Origin: an uncultured Acidobacteriota bacterium
Lineage (GTDB): Bacteria; Acidobacteriota; Thermoanaerobaculia; Gp7-AA8
Direction: 5' to 3'
DNA: 64,000 nucleotides
NCBI GenBank assembly: GCA_963822445.1
Contig: CAWGHO010000003.1
Span: forward strand, 192,001-256,000
A model generated the notes under the pieces. The model was given only the letters and a program-made list of their open reading frames with translations. It made no database searches and was not told the DNA's origin. Positions 46,405 through 55,685 of this stretch are shown here, in pieces. Every line of letters begins with the position of its first letter. Position 1 is the stretch's first letter. A program made the position numbers and the translations under genes.

Positions 46405-48915
46405 ATGCGCATCAATCGAATGAACCTGTTTCTGCTCACCCTTCTGTTGATCGCGGCCGTCCCGGCCACGGCGCAGTGGATTCCATGTCTGGGAGACTCC
46501 ACGACCGGCGGCGCCTGGACCGCGCCCGACCTTCCGACGATTCCCGAGCTCATTTCCAGCGGCGGCAAGCTGCGGGCCACGCTCATGCTCGTCGACGAGC
46601 AGCAGCGCATGACGTTCAAGACCCCTCCCGGCGCGGCGCCGTCGGACACGAACGTGATCAAGTGCGCGCCGCAGTACGTGCGCGCGTTCAAAGGCTTCGG
46701 CGCCACGCCTCCGCTGCCGAAACCGACCAGCGACTATCCCGATCCGATGCCCGGTCCGACCCTTCGGGCCCGCCTCGGCGACATGGTCGAGCTCACCTTC
46801 CTCAACCAGGTCAACCCTGCCAACTTCGGCAACTCCATCGACCGCGGCGACTCGAAGACCGGCACCGGCTGCGATGAGAGCAGCAACGGCTATCCGAACA
46901 AGGCCGGCGGCGGGAAGGACACGTATCCGGACTGCTTCCACGGCTCGAGCACCGCGAACATCCACTTCCACGGCACCCATACCAATCCCAACTCCACCGG
47001 TGACAACGTCTTCATCGAGATCCGCCCATCGCCTCGCAGCGGCGGGAAGCCCACCGTCACCAGGGAGACGTTCGCGAGCGCCTTCAGCGATTTCTTTCAG
47101 CGCTGCGAAGCGCAGCTCGGCCCCAACGTCCTCAGCCTCTGGCCGCACAAATGGGAAGACCTGCCCGACGCGTATACCGAGAAACAGAAGTCGCTGCTTC
47201 AGGCGTATGACATGACGCCGGACATCAAGAAGCTCTGGCCGGTGAATGCGGAGCAGATCGCGCGCGGCGACTGGCCGCAGTACTACATCGGCGCCTATCC
47301 CTACTGCTGGCAGATCCCGAAGTACACGGCGACGGTCTTCCCGCCGCCCCCTTCGACGACCGAGCACACCGGCCACACCGGCGGACCGCTCGACCCGCCG
47401 CCGCAAAAGCCGCTGCAGATGGGACAGGCGCCTGGTCTGCACTGGTATCACGCGCACAAGCATGGCTCGACGGCCATCAACGTCGGCAACGGGATGACCG
47501 GTGCGTTCGTGATCGAAGGGCAGTACGACGACGATCTCGACGCTTTCTACGGAACGGGCTGGACGCGCCGTCAGCCGGTGCTGGTGGTGAACCAGCTCGG
47601 CGTCACGCCCAATCTCATGCGCGGAGGAAGCGGCAGAACCGACAAGGGTCCCAACTTCTCCGTCAACGGCCGCATGCGCCCGGTGATGAAGATGCAGCCC
47701 GGCGAAGTGAAGCTGTGGCGGATCGTGAATACCTCCGGCCGCGCCGGAACGTTCGTGGTGGGGATGTACAACGCCGCCGGCCAGCCCGCCGTCGACGCGA
47801 GCAATAAGCCGCTGTTCACCTGGTATCAGATCGCCCAGGACGGCGTGCAGTTCAGCCCTGCCAACTTCGGGAGTCCCGGGTTCACGAACAACAAGTTCCT
47901 GCTCGCCGCCGGCAACCGCGCCGACCTTCTGGTTCAGGCGCCGCTGACGAAGGGCGTCTACAGCCTTCGCGTACAGAACGAGGTCGATCCGCAGGACCTC
48001 GCCACGCAGAACCTGGTCACGCTGTTCTCGGTGAACGTCACCGGCGCTCAGGCCACCGGCAATCTCGCCAAGCTGACCACCACCGCGCCGTCATTCCCCC
48101 CGTTCCTGACCGACATCAAACCGGAAGAGGTGAAGGGGACGAAGGAAGTGACGTTCTCCACCGGACCGACCTTCGGCGAGCATCGGATCAACCACAAGAA
48201 GTTCGACGGCGAGGTAGGGGAGCTCGTCCTCCTCAACACGGTTGAAGAGTGGAAGGTCGTGAACGAGACCTATGGCCCGCCGATCTCGCATCCGTTTCAC
48301 ATCCACATCAATCCGTTCCAGATCACGGAGATCTTCGATCCGAATGCGGTCCTGAGCACGGCGGACGGCGGCGGAACGTTGAGCACGACGAACAACAGCG
48401 CCGTCGTGACCGGCTCCGGTGCGACGAACTTCACGACCGTGCTGCGCCCCGGCTGGGTCCTCAACATCGCCGGTCAGGGTCTCGTCACGGTGCTCAGCAT
48501 CCAAGACGACACCCATCTCACGCTCACCGGCGTCGCCGGCACGACAGCCACGGGGCTGACGTACACGGTCAACACGCCGCAGTACGTGTTCCTCAACACG
48601 CCCGCACCGCTGGCAGGGCAGTGCTATCTCGATCCCGGGGACAAAACGACCTGGAAGCCTTGCGCATCCGTGCCGCAGCCGCCGGCCAAGGACAACATCT
48701 GGTGGGATGTCTTCCCGATTCCGTCAGGCGTCAGCGTGACGTGGGCCGGCGCGGCCAAGCCGCCGAACGTGCCCGGGTACTTCAGGATGCGCAGCCGCTT
48801 CGTCGACTACTCCGGCTACTACGTCATTCACTGCCACATCCTCGCGCACGAGGACCGCGGCATGATGACCGTCGTCGAAGTGGCGCCGGCGGCGTCGCCC
48901 TATTCGCACCATTGA
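46405..48915 (+). CDS. Secreted multicopper oxidase (paralog of the gene at the window start)
   Basis: Signal peptide. HFHG, HWYHAHKHG, HPFHIH, HCHILAHEDRGMM. RBS GAGGAG. Confidence 0.92.
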   Translation: MRINRMNLFLLTLLLIAAVPATAQWIPCLGDSTTGGAWTAPDLPTIPELISSGGKLRATLMLVDEQQRMTFKTPPGAAPSDTNVIKCAPQYVRAFKGFGATPPLPKPTSDYPDPMPGPTLRARLGDMVELTFLNQVNPANFGNSIDRGDSKTGTGCDESSNGYPNKAGGGKDTYPDCFHGSSTANIHFHGTHTNPNSTGDNVFIEIRPSPRSGGKPTVTRETFASAFSDFFQRCEAQLGPNVLSLWPHKWEDLPDAYTEKQKSLLQAYDMTPDIKKLWPVNAEQIARGDWPQYYIGAYPYCWQIPKYTATVFPPPPSTTEHTGHTGGPLDPPPQKPLQMGQAPGLHWYHAHKHGSTAINVGNGMTGAFVIEGQYDDDLDAFYGTGWTRRQPVLVVNQLGVTPNLMRGGSGRTDKGPNFSVNGRMRPVMKMQPGEVKLWRIVNTSGRAGTFVVGMYNAAGQPAVDASNKPLFTWYQIAQDGVQFSPANFGSPGFTNNKFLLAAGNRADLLVQAPLTKGVYSLRVQNEVDPQDLATQNLVTLFSVNVTGAQATGNLAKLTTTAPSFPPFLTDIKPEEVKGTKEVTFSTGPTFGEHRINHKKFDGEVGELVLLNTVEEWKVVNETYGPPISHPFHIHINPFQITEIFDPNAVLSTADGGGTLSTTNNSAVVTGSGATNFTTVLRPGWVLNIAGQGLVTVLSIQDDTHLTLTGVAGTTATGLTYTVNTPQYVFLNTPAPLAGQCYLDPGDKTTWKPCASVPQPPAKDNIWWDVFPIPSGVSVTWAGAAKPPNVPGYFRMRSRFVDYSGYYVIHCHILAHEDRGMMTVVEVAPAASPYSHH

Positions 48916-48929
48916 GATTTGGGTTCAAG

Positions 48930-48959
48930 GAGGTCGTCGCGGGAACCCGCGACGGCCTC
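48930..48959. terminator. GC-rich hairpin between convergent genes
   Basis: Stem GAGGTCGTCGCGG/CCGCGACGGCCTC (one G-U pair) with loop GAAC. Confidence 0.6.
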
Positions 48960-48969
48960 ACTCGGCGGC

Positions 48970-49675
48970 TCACACTGGCTCGTGCCGCACGAGGACTGGC
49001 AAAGGACGCCGGCGGCGAACCCTCCATAACCAATAGAACATCGCACCGAACAGCACCAGGATCGGCAGCGCGCGCATCGGGCCGGTGGTGAACAGCTCGG
49101 GAAGGATTCTCGCGACCCGCTCGCGGATCGAGAAGAACGATCCCGCCGCGATGAACAGTGCGAAGCACATCCGCCACAGATGGCGCGCCAGGCGCGGTCC
49201 GCCTCGGGGCATGCCCGATCGCATGACCCGCACGTCGCCGGCCGCTGCCAGAAGAAGGACGGTGGCGAGGATGAAGGACATCACGCCGATCGTGCGAAAG
49301 GGAACTCCGCCCGACGAAAGGCCAGGGTTGTTGATGGCCTTGGCGCCGCCGGCGATTGAGGCGAGCGCGAGTCCGACTGCGACGGTCAGCGCGGCAATGT
49401 TGATCGCGCGCGTCCATCGCGACGGCGGGCGGACCGTCGTCAGCGCGGTGCCGACAAAATACATCGACAGGACCGCGGCAGCCACATTCGCCATGTCGGC
49501 TCGATGGAGAAACTCCAGGATCGACGCGGTCGTGCCCATCATCAGCATCGCGTAGACGAACAGCATCCCGCTGCGGCGGTGGATCGTTCCACCTTTCTTG
49601 ACGAACAGAGCGGCGAAGCCGAGACACAATCGCGAGCCCGCCGGCGACAACGTGAATGGGTAGAAGGGTCTGCAT
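48970..49675 (-). pseudogene. DUF2306-like membrane protein with a +1 frameshift near 49625
   Basis: MQTLLPIHVVAGGLAIV is in one frame and LGFAALFVKKGGTIHRRSG..RLARHLWRMC in another. Removing one T joins them. Confidence 0.7.
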
Positions 49676-49699
49676 GGTGACCAGCCTGCCGAGGCTCTG

Positions 49700-49739
49700 C
49701 TGAACTGAACCTGAACCGGGCCGTTCAGCGGTCGTTCAG
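49700..49739. promoter_or_regulatory. Bidirectional OmpR-family operator: CTGAAC x3 then GTTCAG x2
   Basis: CTGAAC at 49700, 49705 and 49711; GTTCAG at 49723 and 49734. Two pairs with 11-bp spacing in opposite orientation between divergent genes. Confidence 0.65.
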
Positions 49740-49763
49740 GAGCGACGCCCTAGCCTGCACGGC

Positions 49764-50171
49764 ATGACCAAACACAATCCACTCCTCACTGTGACCTCTC
49801 TTCTGGCCATCCTCTTCCTCTCGATTCACGTGACCGACGACATCATTCGCGGATACGAAAAATGGGGTTTCGAAAAACTCAGTTTCCTGCTGATCCTGGT
49901 CGTCTGGCTGTACGGAACGCTGGTGTTGTCCGAGCGGCGAGCAGGTCGCGTCATCATGATCCTCGGGGGACTGCTGGCGGCGCTCATACCCGCTGTCCAC
50001 ATGAGGGGCACGGGCTCTTTCGTCAAGTCCAGCGGGGCCTTCTTCTTCATCTGGACGCTCTTCGCGCTCGGCGCCACCGGAGCCCTTACCGTGATCCTCG
50101 CCGCGCGCGGACTGCGGAGGGGGAAGATAATGACCGCGGTCGAGCATGAGAGTCCTGATCGTCGAGGATGA
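49764..50171 (+). CDS. Small 4-TM membrane protein
   Basis: Four hydrophobic segments, conserved-looking HVTDDI and VHM.G. First gene of the two-component operon. Confidence 0.7.
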   Translation: MTKHNPLLTVTSLLAILFLSIHVTDDIIRGYEKWGFEKLSFLLILVVWLYGTLVLSERRAGRVIMILGGLLAALIPAVHMRGTGSFVKSSGAFFFIWTLFALGATGALTVILAARGLRRGKIMTAVEHESPDRRG

Positions 50172-50808
50172 GTCACTGCTGGCCAGCCGGCTGGCCGCCA
50201 CACTCGGAGAACGCGGGTATGCCGTCGACGTTGCGGCGGACGGAGAGCGCGGCGACTTTCTCCTCGGCACCGAGACCTACGACGCGGTCATCCTCGACCT
50301 CGGGTTGCCGCGGATCGACGGGCTCACGCTGCTCGAACGCTGGCGCGCCGCCGGAATCGCGGTGCCGATCCTGGTTCTCACCGCCCGCGGAAGCTGGTCG
50401 GAAAAAGTCCGCGGCATCGACGGGGGCGCGGACGACTACCTGACCAAGCCCTTTCAGGTCGAGGAGCTGCTGGCGCGGCTCCGCGCTCTGATCCGGCGGT
50501 CGAGCGGACAGCTCACGCCCGAATTGCGGTGCGGCGCCGTGGTGCTCGATCCGAGGACGTCGCAGGTCACTCTCGATGGACAGCCGGTGAAGCTGACCAG
50601 TCATGAGCTGCGCGTGCTCTCGTATCTCATGCACCACCGCGGCCGCGTCGTTTCGCAGGGCGAGCTGACCGAGCACATCTACGCGCAGACGTTCGACCGC
50701 GACTCGAACACCGTCGAGGTCTTTATCGCGCGTCTTCGACGGAAGCTCGGCGCGTCAGCGATCGAGACCGTACGCGGACTCGGATATCGCATGCGGGCGG
50801 AATCGTGA
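50146..50808 (+). CDS. OmpR/PhoP-family response regulator
   Basis: LIVEDE, LDLGLP, GADDYLTKPF, DSNTVEVFIARLRRKLG, ETVRGLGY. Confidence 0.93.
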   Translation: MRVLIVEDESLLASRLAATLGERGYAVDVAADGERGDFLLGTETYDAVILDLGLPRIDGLTLLERWRAAGIAVPILVLTARGSWSEKVRGIDGGADDYLTKPFQVEELLARLRALIRRSSGQLTPELRCGAVVLDPRTSQVTLDGQPVKLTSHELRVLSYLMHHRGRVVSQGELTEHIYAQTFDRDSNTVEVFIARLRRKLGASAIETVRGLGYRMRAES

Positions 50809-51792
50809 AGGGCTCTCTCCGCGCGCGCCTGTTCGTCGGAGCATTCGTCTGGATGATCGCGGTGCTTGATCGCGGTCATTGCCGCGGTGGTCAAGCTTGA
50901 CCCGGAACCATCCCGAGCTGGCGATGCGCCACGGGACGCACTTCGTGATGGCATCGCCGCCGTAGCCTTTCTCGTGGGGGGCTGGTTCCTCATCCGAAGA
51001 GCGGTTGCGCCGTTTCGGAGCCTTCGCGCCGGTCTGTCTTCGGGTTCGCGACGGACGCAGCCAGCGAATCGAAGGGGACTATCCGAGCGAAGTGCAGCCG
51101 CTCGTGGATGATCTGAATGCGCTGCTCGAGGATCGCGAGCGTGCGGTCGCGCGCGCCCTCACCACCGCAGGAGATCTCGCGCATGGATTGAAGACGCCGC
51201 TTGCCGTGCTCGCGCAGGAGGCGGAACAGGCCGGCGGCCGCGGGCCATCACGAACTCGCGGCGACGCTCCGTCAACTGGTCGAGCGGATGCAGCGGCAGA
51301 TCGAGTATCACCTCGCTCGAGCGCGTGCGACCGCGATCGTCGCATGCCGCGCCGGGACTGCGCTGCGCTGTCCTTCCGTCCGTCGAAGGTCTCGTGCGCA
51401 CGATGCGTCGTCTGCACGCGGCCCGGGAGTTGATGATCGACGTCGACGTATCGCCGTCGCACGAGATTCGCGGCCGCAGGGAAGACCTCGACGAGATGCT
51501 GGGCAATCTGCTCGACAACGCGTGCAAGTGGGCGCGCTCGCGCGTCGCTGTCTCGTCAATCATCGACGGCGCCGAGGTCTCGATCGCCGTGGATGACGAC
51601 GGCCCCGGCCTCGATCCGTCGATGCGCGCGCAGGTCCTGCAGCGGGGCGTGCGCGCCGACCAGCAGGTCCGCGGCTCCGGCCTGGGCCTGGCCATCGTCA
51701 GCGACCTCGCCGAGTTGTACGGCGGTTCGGTGACGCTGGAGACCTCGCCGCTGGGCGGAACGCGCGCGCGGCTGAAACTTCCGCGGCCTTGA
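50805..51792 (+). pseudogene. PhoQ/FeuQ-like sensor histidine kinase broken by about four frameshifts
   Basis: TM, HAMP (PSEVQPLVDDLN), HisKA (DLAHGLKTPL), RQIEYHLARAR and HATPase (NLLDNACKW, DDDGPG, GSGLGL) are spread over different frames. Confidence 0.8.
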
Positions 51793-51849
51793 TGTTCAGT
51801 CATCGCAGCGGCCGACAGAGACCATCGCCGGCCAGGAAATCCGTGGCGT

Positions 51850-52260
<411 letters not shown>

Positions 52261-52498
52261 GAGCTCATTGGCGCGACGTGATCACGACCGCGGCGCCATT
52301 GTTGCGCCGAGATCCTCGATAAGTGCTTGCCAGTCGTGGGCGAGCCTTCGGATCGCTTGCGCCTTCGTGAGGAGCGCGTACCAGAGTTAGGAGGCCGATC
52401 GACGTGTGCTTGATCCCGTCAGCTGACCAAGGCTCCTCGCAGAGGAATAGATGAAACGTTACTGCCGAGAACGTCACTACACAAGAGGAGGATAGCTT

Positions 52499-53359
52499 AT
52501 GAGGCACATAGCGTTAACCGTGACAATTCTTGTTACATCTATGATCTCGGTTCCTGCGATCGGACAAGGTTGGTCCGTGGCGATCGAGGAAAATGCGGCA
52601 GTAACGACATGCGGGAACAACAAGAACATACCGGTCGCCGGAGCGACTGATTGCGACACCGCCAAGAAAGCTGCGTGGGATCTGCTCAAACTACTCCAGG
52701 CGGGTGGTTGTGTCACACCATGTCCCGGTGGAACGGCGATCACCCCTGGCGTCGCAACATGCAAATACGATCCGTACACGCGCCCGAATGGTTCGAAGGC
52801 GAACCGGTGGCAGATCAACTGGACGTGGGCTTGCGCGCCGCCCATAGCACCGGGTTGCTGCAAGTGTTTGGGCGAAACGTCGAGCGTTGATCTAAACACG
52901 GGTCAGGCGAGTCCGATCGATCTGCGCTGGAAGGTGAATGGCGGCAATGCTTACACTACACCGCCATTTTCCGGCTGGATTTCCACGTTAACACCCGCCA
53001 AGTGGATTCAGCCAGTCCCTTCTCCGACGCCGAGCGCAAACGTGCCGGCGAACACGGTATTCAAGTACACGTTACAGTTCGCCGTTCCGAAGTGCACCAT
53101 CCCTATGGATGTGCGGTTGGTGGGATCATTTGCCGCGGACAATAGCGCGAAGGCCTTTCTCGACGGCGTTCAGATCGCGTCGTGTACGGGGCCGAAGTGC
53201 TTTGCCCCGACACAGTCTGGCGGGCAGGCACCCGTCAGTCTCAACGTTCCGTCAATCGCGCCGGGTAATCACACGCTCGAAATACAGGTCGCGAATATCA
53301 GCGGTCCGTCAGGTCTCATCGTCAATGCTCAACTGAAGATAGCCTGTAAGAAGGACTGA
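52499..53359 (+). CDS. Secreted Cys-rich protein with C-terminal beta-sandwich (lectin-like) domain
   Basis: RBS GAGGAGG, signal peptide, 13 Cys, AKWI..FAADNSAKAFLDG..GNHTLEIQVAN..GPSGLIV. Codons visibly more A/T-rich than the flanks. Confidence 0.7.
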   Translation: MRHIALTVTILVTSMISVPAIGQGWSVAIEENAAVTTCGNNKNIPVAGATDCDTAKKAAWDLLKLLQAGGCVTPCPGGTAITPGVATCKYDPYTRPNGSKANRWQINWTWACAPPIAPGCCKCLGETSSVDLNTGQASPIDLRWKVNGGNAYTTPPFSGWISTLTPAKWIQPVPSPTPSANVPANTVFKYTLQFAVPKCTIPMDVRLVGSFAADNSAKAFLDGVQIASCTGPKCFAPTQSGGQAPVSLNVPSIAPGNHTLEIQVANISGPSGLIVNAQLKIACKKD

Positions 53360-53439
53360 AACACCCAGGGAGTTTCGTAGGCTACATACGCGGTGTTGTC
53401 ACCTTTGGGCCGCGGTAACACAATCTTGTCGTAACGACG

Positions 53440-53473
53440 GCGCAGATCAGAGGGCCATTCCTCTGGTCTGCGC
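53440..53473. terminator. 14-bp hairpin between convergent genes
   Basis: GCGCAGATCAGAGG-GCCATT-CCTCTGGTCTGCGC (one G-U pair). Confidence 0.6.
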
Positions 53474-53616
53474 ATCCGGCAGTTGCCTGCAAGACGTTCA
53501 ACTCGCCGGCCGGCGCTTACCTACTGCCAGAAGCTGGCACGGCCCGGCTTCGGCCCGGCGGCCGAGCCGCGGCCGAGCCGCCTACTCCGTCGCAACTGGC
53601 GTGCCTCGCGCGGCGG

Positions 53617-55623
53617 TCAGTGGACAGCGGTCCGTAGGGCTTCGACGTCGCTTGCTCGGATCCATTCCCCCGGATTGATCGCGCTCGCCGTAAAACCGCG
53701 CGCGATACCCAGTTTACTGAGCGCCGCGTCGAGCCGTTGGCGTAACTGCGAGACATGAATCGCCTTCACCGGTGTAGATCCGGCAATCAGCGTCGCGTCG
53801 GTGAACGATCCTCCGGAGATCGACGCCACGGCTTCGATAGCCAGGACGCTGGTTCGCAACTGATCGATGTGGTTTTTCTTGATCACCATACCCGGTAGCG
53901 ACGGGTCTTCGAAGCCGATCGGAACTGCGACGTCGGCGGCGCTGAACGCGGAGGGCAGCAACCGAGGCGCGCTCGCTCGTACGCGATACAGATACGCTTT
54001 GGTCGGGTCGAGGCCGGAATCGACGTAGGAGGTGCCGCTGGCGAAGGTGAGGCTCTCCCATTCACCGCCGGCAGAGCGGCGAAAGATCTCGTACTGCGAG
54101 GTGCCGGACAGGGGATCCCATTGCACCAGCGCCGATCCGTGGCTGCCGTCGGAACGCACGTTGACCGGAGCACCGAAAGCGGGAAGATCGCGGCCGATCG
54201 CCGTGCCGAAGTTGATGATTGCAGGCGCGCCCCCGTACAGATCCGCGCCGCCGCCGAACTTGGGCGTTCCACTGAGCTCGAAGTGATTGTTGAACGTGAC
54301 GAAGAGCCGCCGGTGGAGCTCGTCATAGCCGCAGTAGAAGTTGTGAAATGTGCCGATGGCCATGCTGTACATCGACGCGGGATCCTCGGTCACTGGATCG
54401 CCGTTCGACACGAAGTACTGGAGGTAATAGCCGGGTGTGGAATTGACCACTTGATAGTTGGTCATGCCTTTCGGCGCCCACATCCCGCAGTACGTCTCGA
54501 GGTCAGCCTCTGCAGTGAGGCCGAGGAGACGCCAGTAATAGGCGGCTTTGCACAGCGACGCGGCACGCGGCGCGTCGGCGCGATCCCACTTGTCGGCCGT
54601 GCAGGGGAAGTCCGCGTGGTCCTTACAGACGATCTTCAGGACGTTGGTCGTTGCCGGATCATCCCACCACGCCCAAGTGATAGGCGGTACCCGCATCTTG
54701 TCGATCGTCGGGTCGAAGCCGGCCGCGAAGAAGTAGGCCTGAAGTGTGTCGCGGGCGGCTTGGAGGTAATCGTCGTTGCCGGTTGCTGCATGAGCCATGA
54801 GGAGCATGATCACGACGTCGCCGAAGTAGCCCGCGTACGCGTCTGTATGGCAATCGCTATTGTCTTCCGCCTCATTCGTACAGAGCGCCAGGGCCTGATG
54901 GCGCCCGCCGGTCAGAAGGAGTTCGACGTTGCGGCCGCGCAGGTTGAACGTCGTGTGGGCGAAGTCATGCTGCAGGATAGCCGCTGCGAGCTCATTGGCG
55001 ACGGCGAGGTACTGCGCGCGTCTCGCCGCATCGAACGCGGCAGAGCGCGCCGCCGTGTAAAGCGCGATTGCGCTGCGCGCGCTACCGTCCGTCGCGTCGT
55101 TGTCGGAAACCGTGCGACTGACGGTGGTGTTGTTGCCGTCGAAGTCGACACGGGCCACCCAGACGGGCAGCAGCTTCGAATCGACGCCGTCGTTCATACC
55201 GGCGCCACGCAGGATCTGCAGCGTGTTGAACCAGGCGTGAAAGCGGTCGGTATTCGTGCTGCCGCGCGCCATCGACAGGATCATGCCCGCGAGCGAAAAT
55301 TCATCGGTGACGAGGCATCGCGCATCGGGATCGCCGACGGCGGCGCAGACCTCGAGGTCTGCCGAGCCGTTCAACATCTTCGCGACCAGGAGGCAATCGT
55401 TCGCACCGCCTGGACATGGGACCGTCTTCACGGGATTCCCGGCCAGATTCATGATCGCCTCCGCCAGGAGCTCGTAGGTGATAGCAATCTGCGGATTGTC
55501 TTTCGACAGAAACGTCGTCGATTCGGGCAGGCGCGAAGCGGATGTGGCCACGCTGCACGGGATCTCCGCCGCCGCGGGCACGCAGAGCATGAGGAACAGC
55601 GCTGCGGCGATCGGCTTCGGCAT
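53617..55623 (-). CDS. Secreted protein: helical GH8-like domain + FN3 + triple C-terminal repeat
   Basis: Signal peptide, DNDATDGSAR motif, FN3 (VQWD..YEIFR..YVDSGL..YLYRVRA), three F.D..L...IK..H..QLR-type repeats. Confidence 0.65.
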   Translation of the reverse strand: MPKPIAAALFLMLCVPAAAEIPCSVATSASRLPESTTFLSKDNPQIAITYELLAEAIMNLAGNPVKTVPCPGGANDCLLVAKMLNGSADLEVCAAVGDPDARCLVTDEFSLAGMILSMARGSTNTDRFHAWFNTLQILRGAGMNDGVDSKLLPVWVARVDFDGNNTTVSRTVSDNDATDGSARSAIALYTAARSAAFDAARRAQYLAVANELAAAILQHDFAHTTFNLRGRNVELLLTGGRHQALALCTNEAEDNSDCHTDAYAGYFGDVVIMLLMAHAATGNDDYLQAARDTLQAYFFAAGFDPTIDKMRVPPITWAWWDDPATTNVLKIVCKDHADFPCTADKWDRADAPRAASLCKAAYYWRLLGLTAEADLETYCGMWAPKGMTNYQVVNSTPGYYLQYFVSNGDPVTEDPASMYSMAIGTFHNFYCGYDELHRRLFVTFNNHFELSGTPKFGGGADLYGGAPAIINFGTAIGRDLPAFGAPVNVRSDGSHGSALVQWDPLSGTSQYEIFRRSAGGEWESLTFASGTSYVDSGLDPTKAYLYRVRASAPRLLPSAFSAADVAVPIGFEDPSLPGMVIKKNHIDQLRTSVLAIEAVASISGGSFTDATLIAGSTPVKAIHVSQLRQRLDAALSKLGIARGFTASAINPGEWIRASDVEALRTAVH

Positions 55624-55685
55624 GATGTGCGGATTCTGACGCACGCCAGGCCGCTTGAGCCATAATCCGAGCCGGTCCTTCAGAC

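Noticed and set aside
53538-53582. CGGCCGAGCCG tandem duplicate with partial inverted copy
   Set aside because: Short and GC-only in a high-GC genome, so it cannot be distinguished from chance or a simple hairpin.
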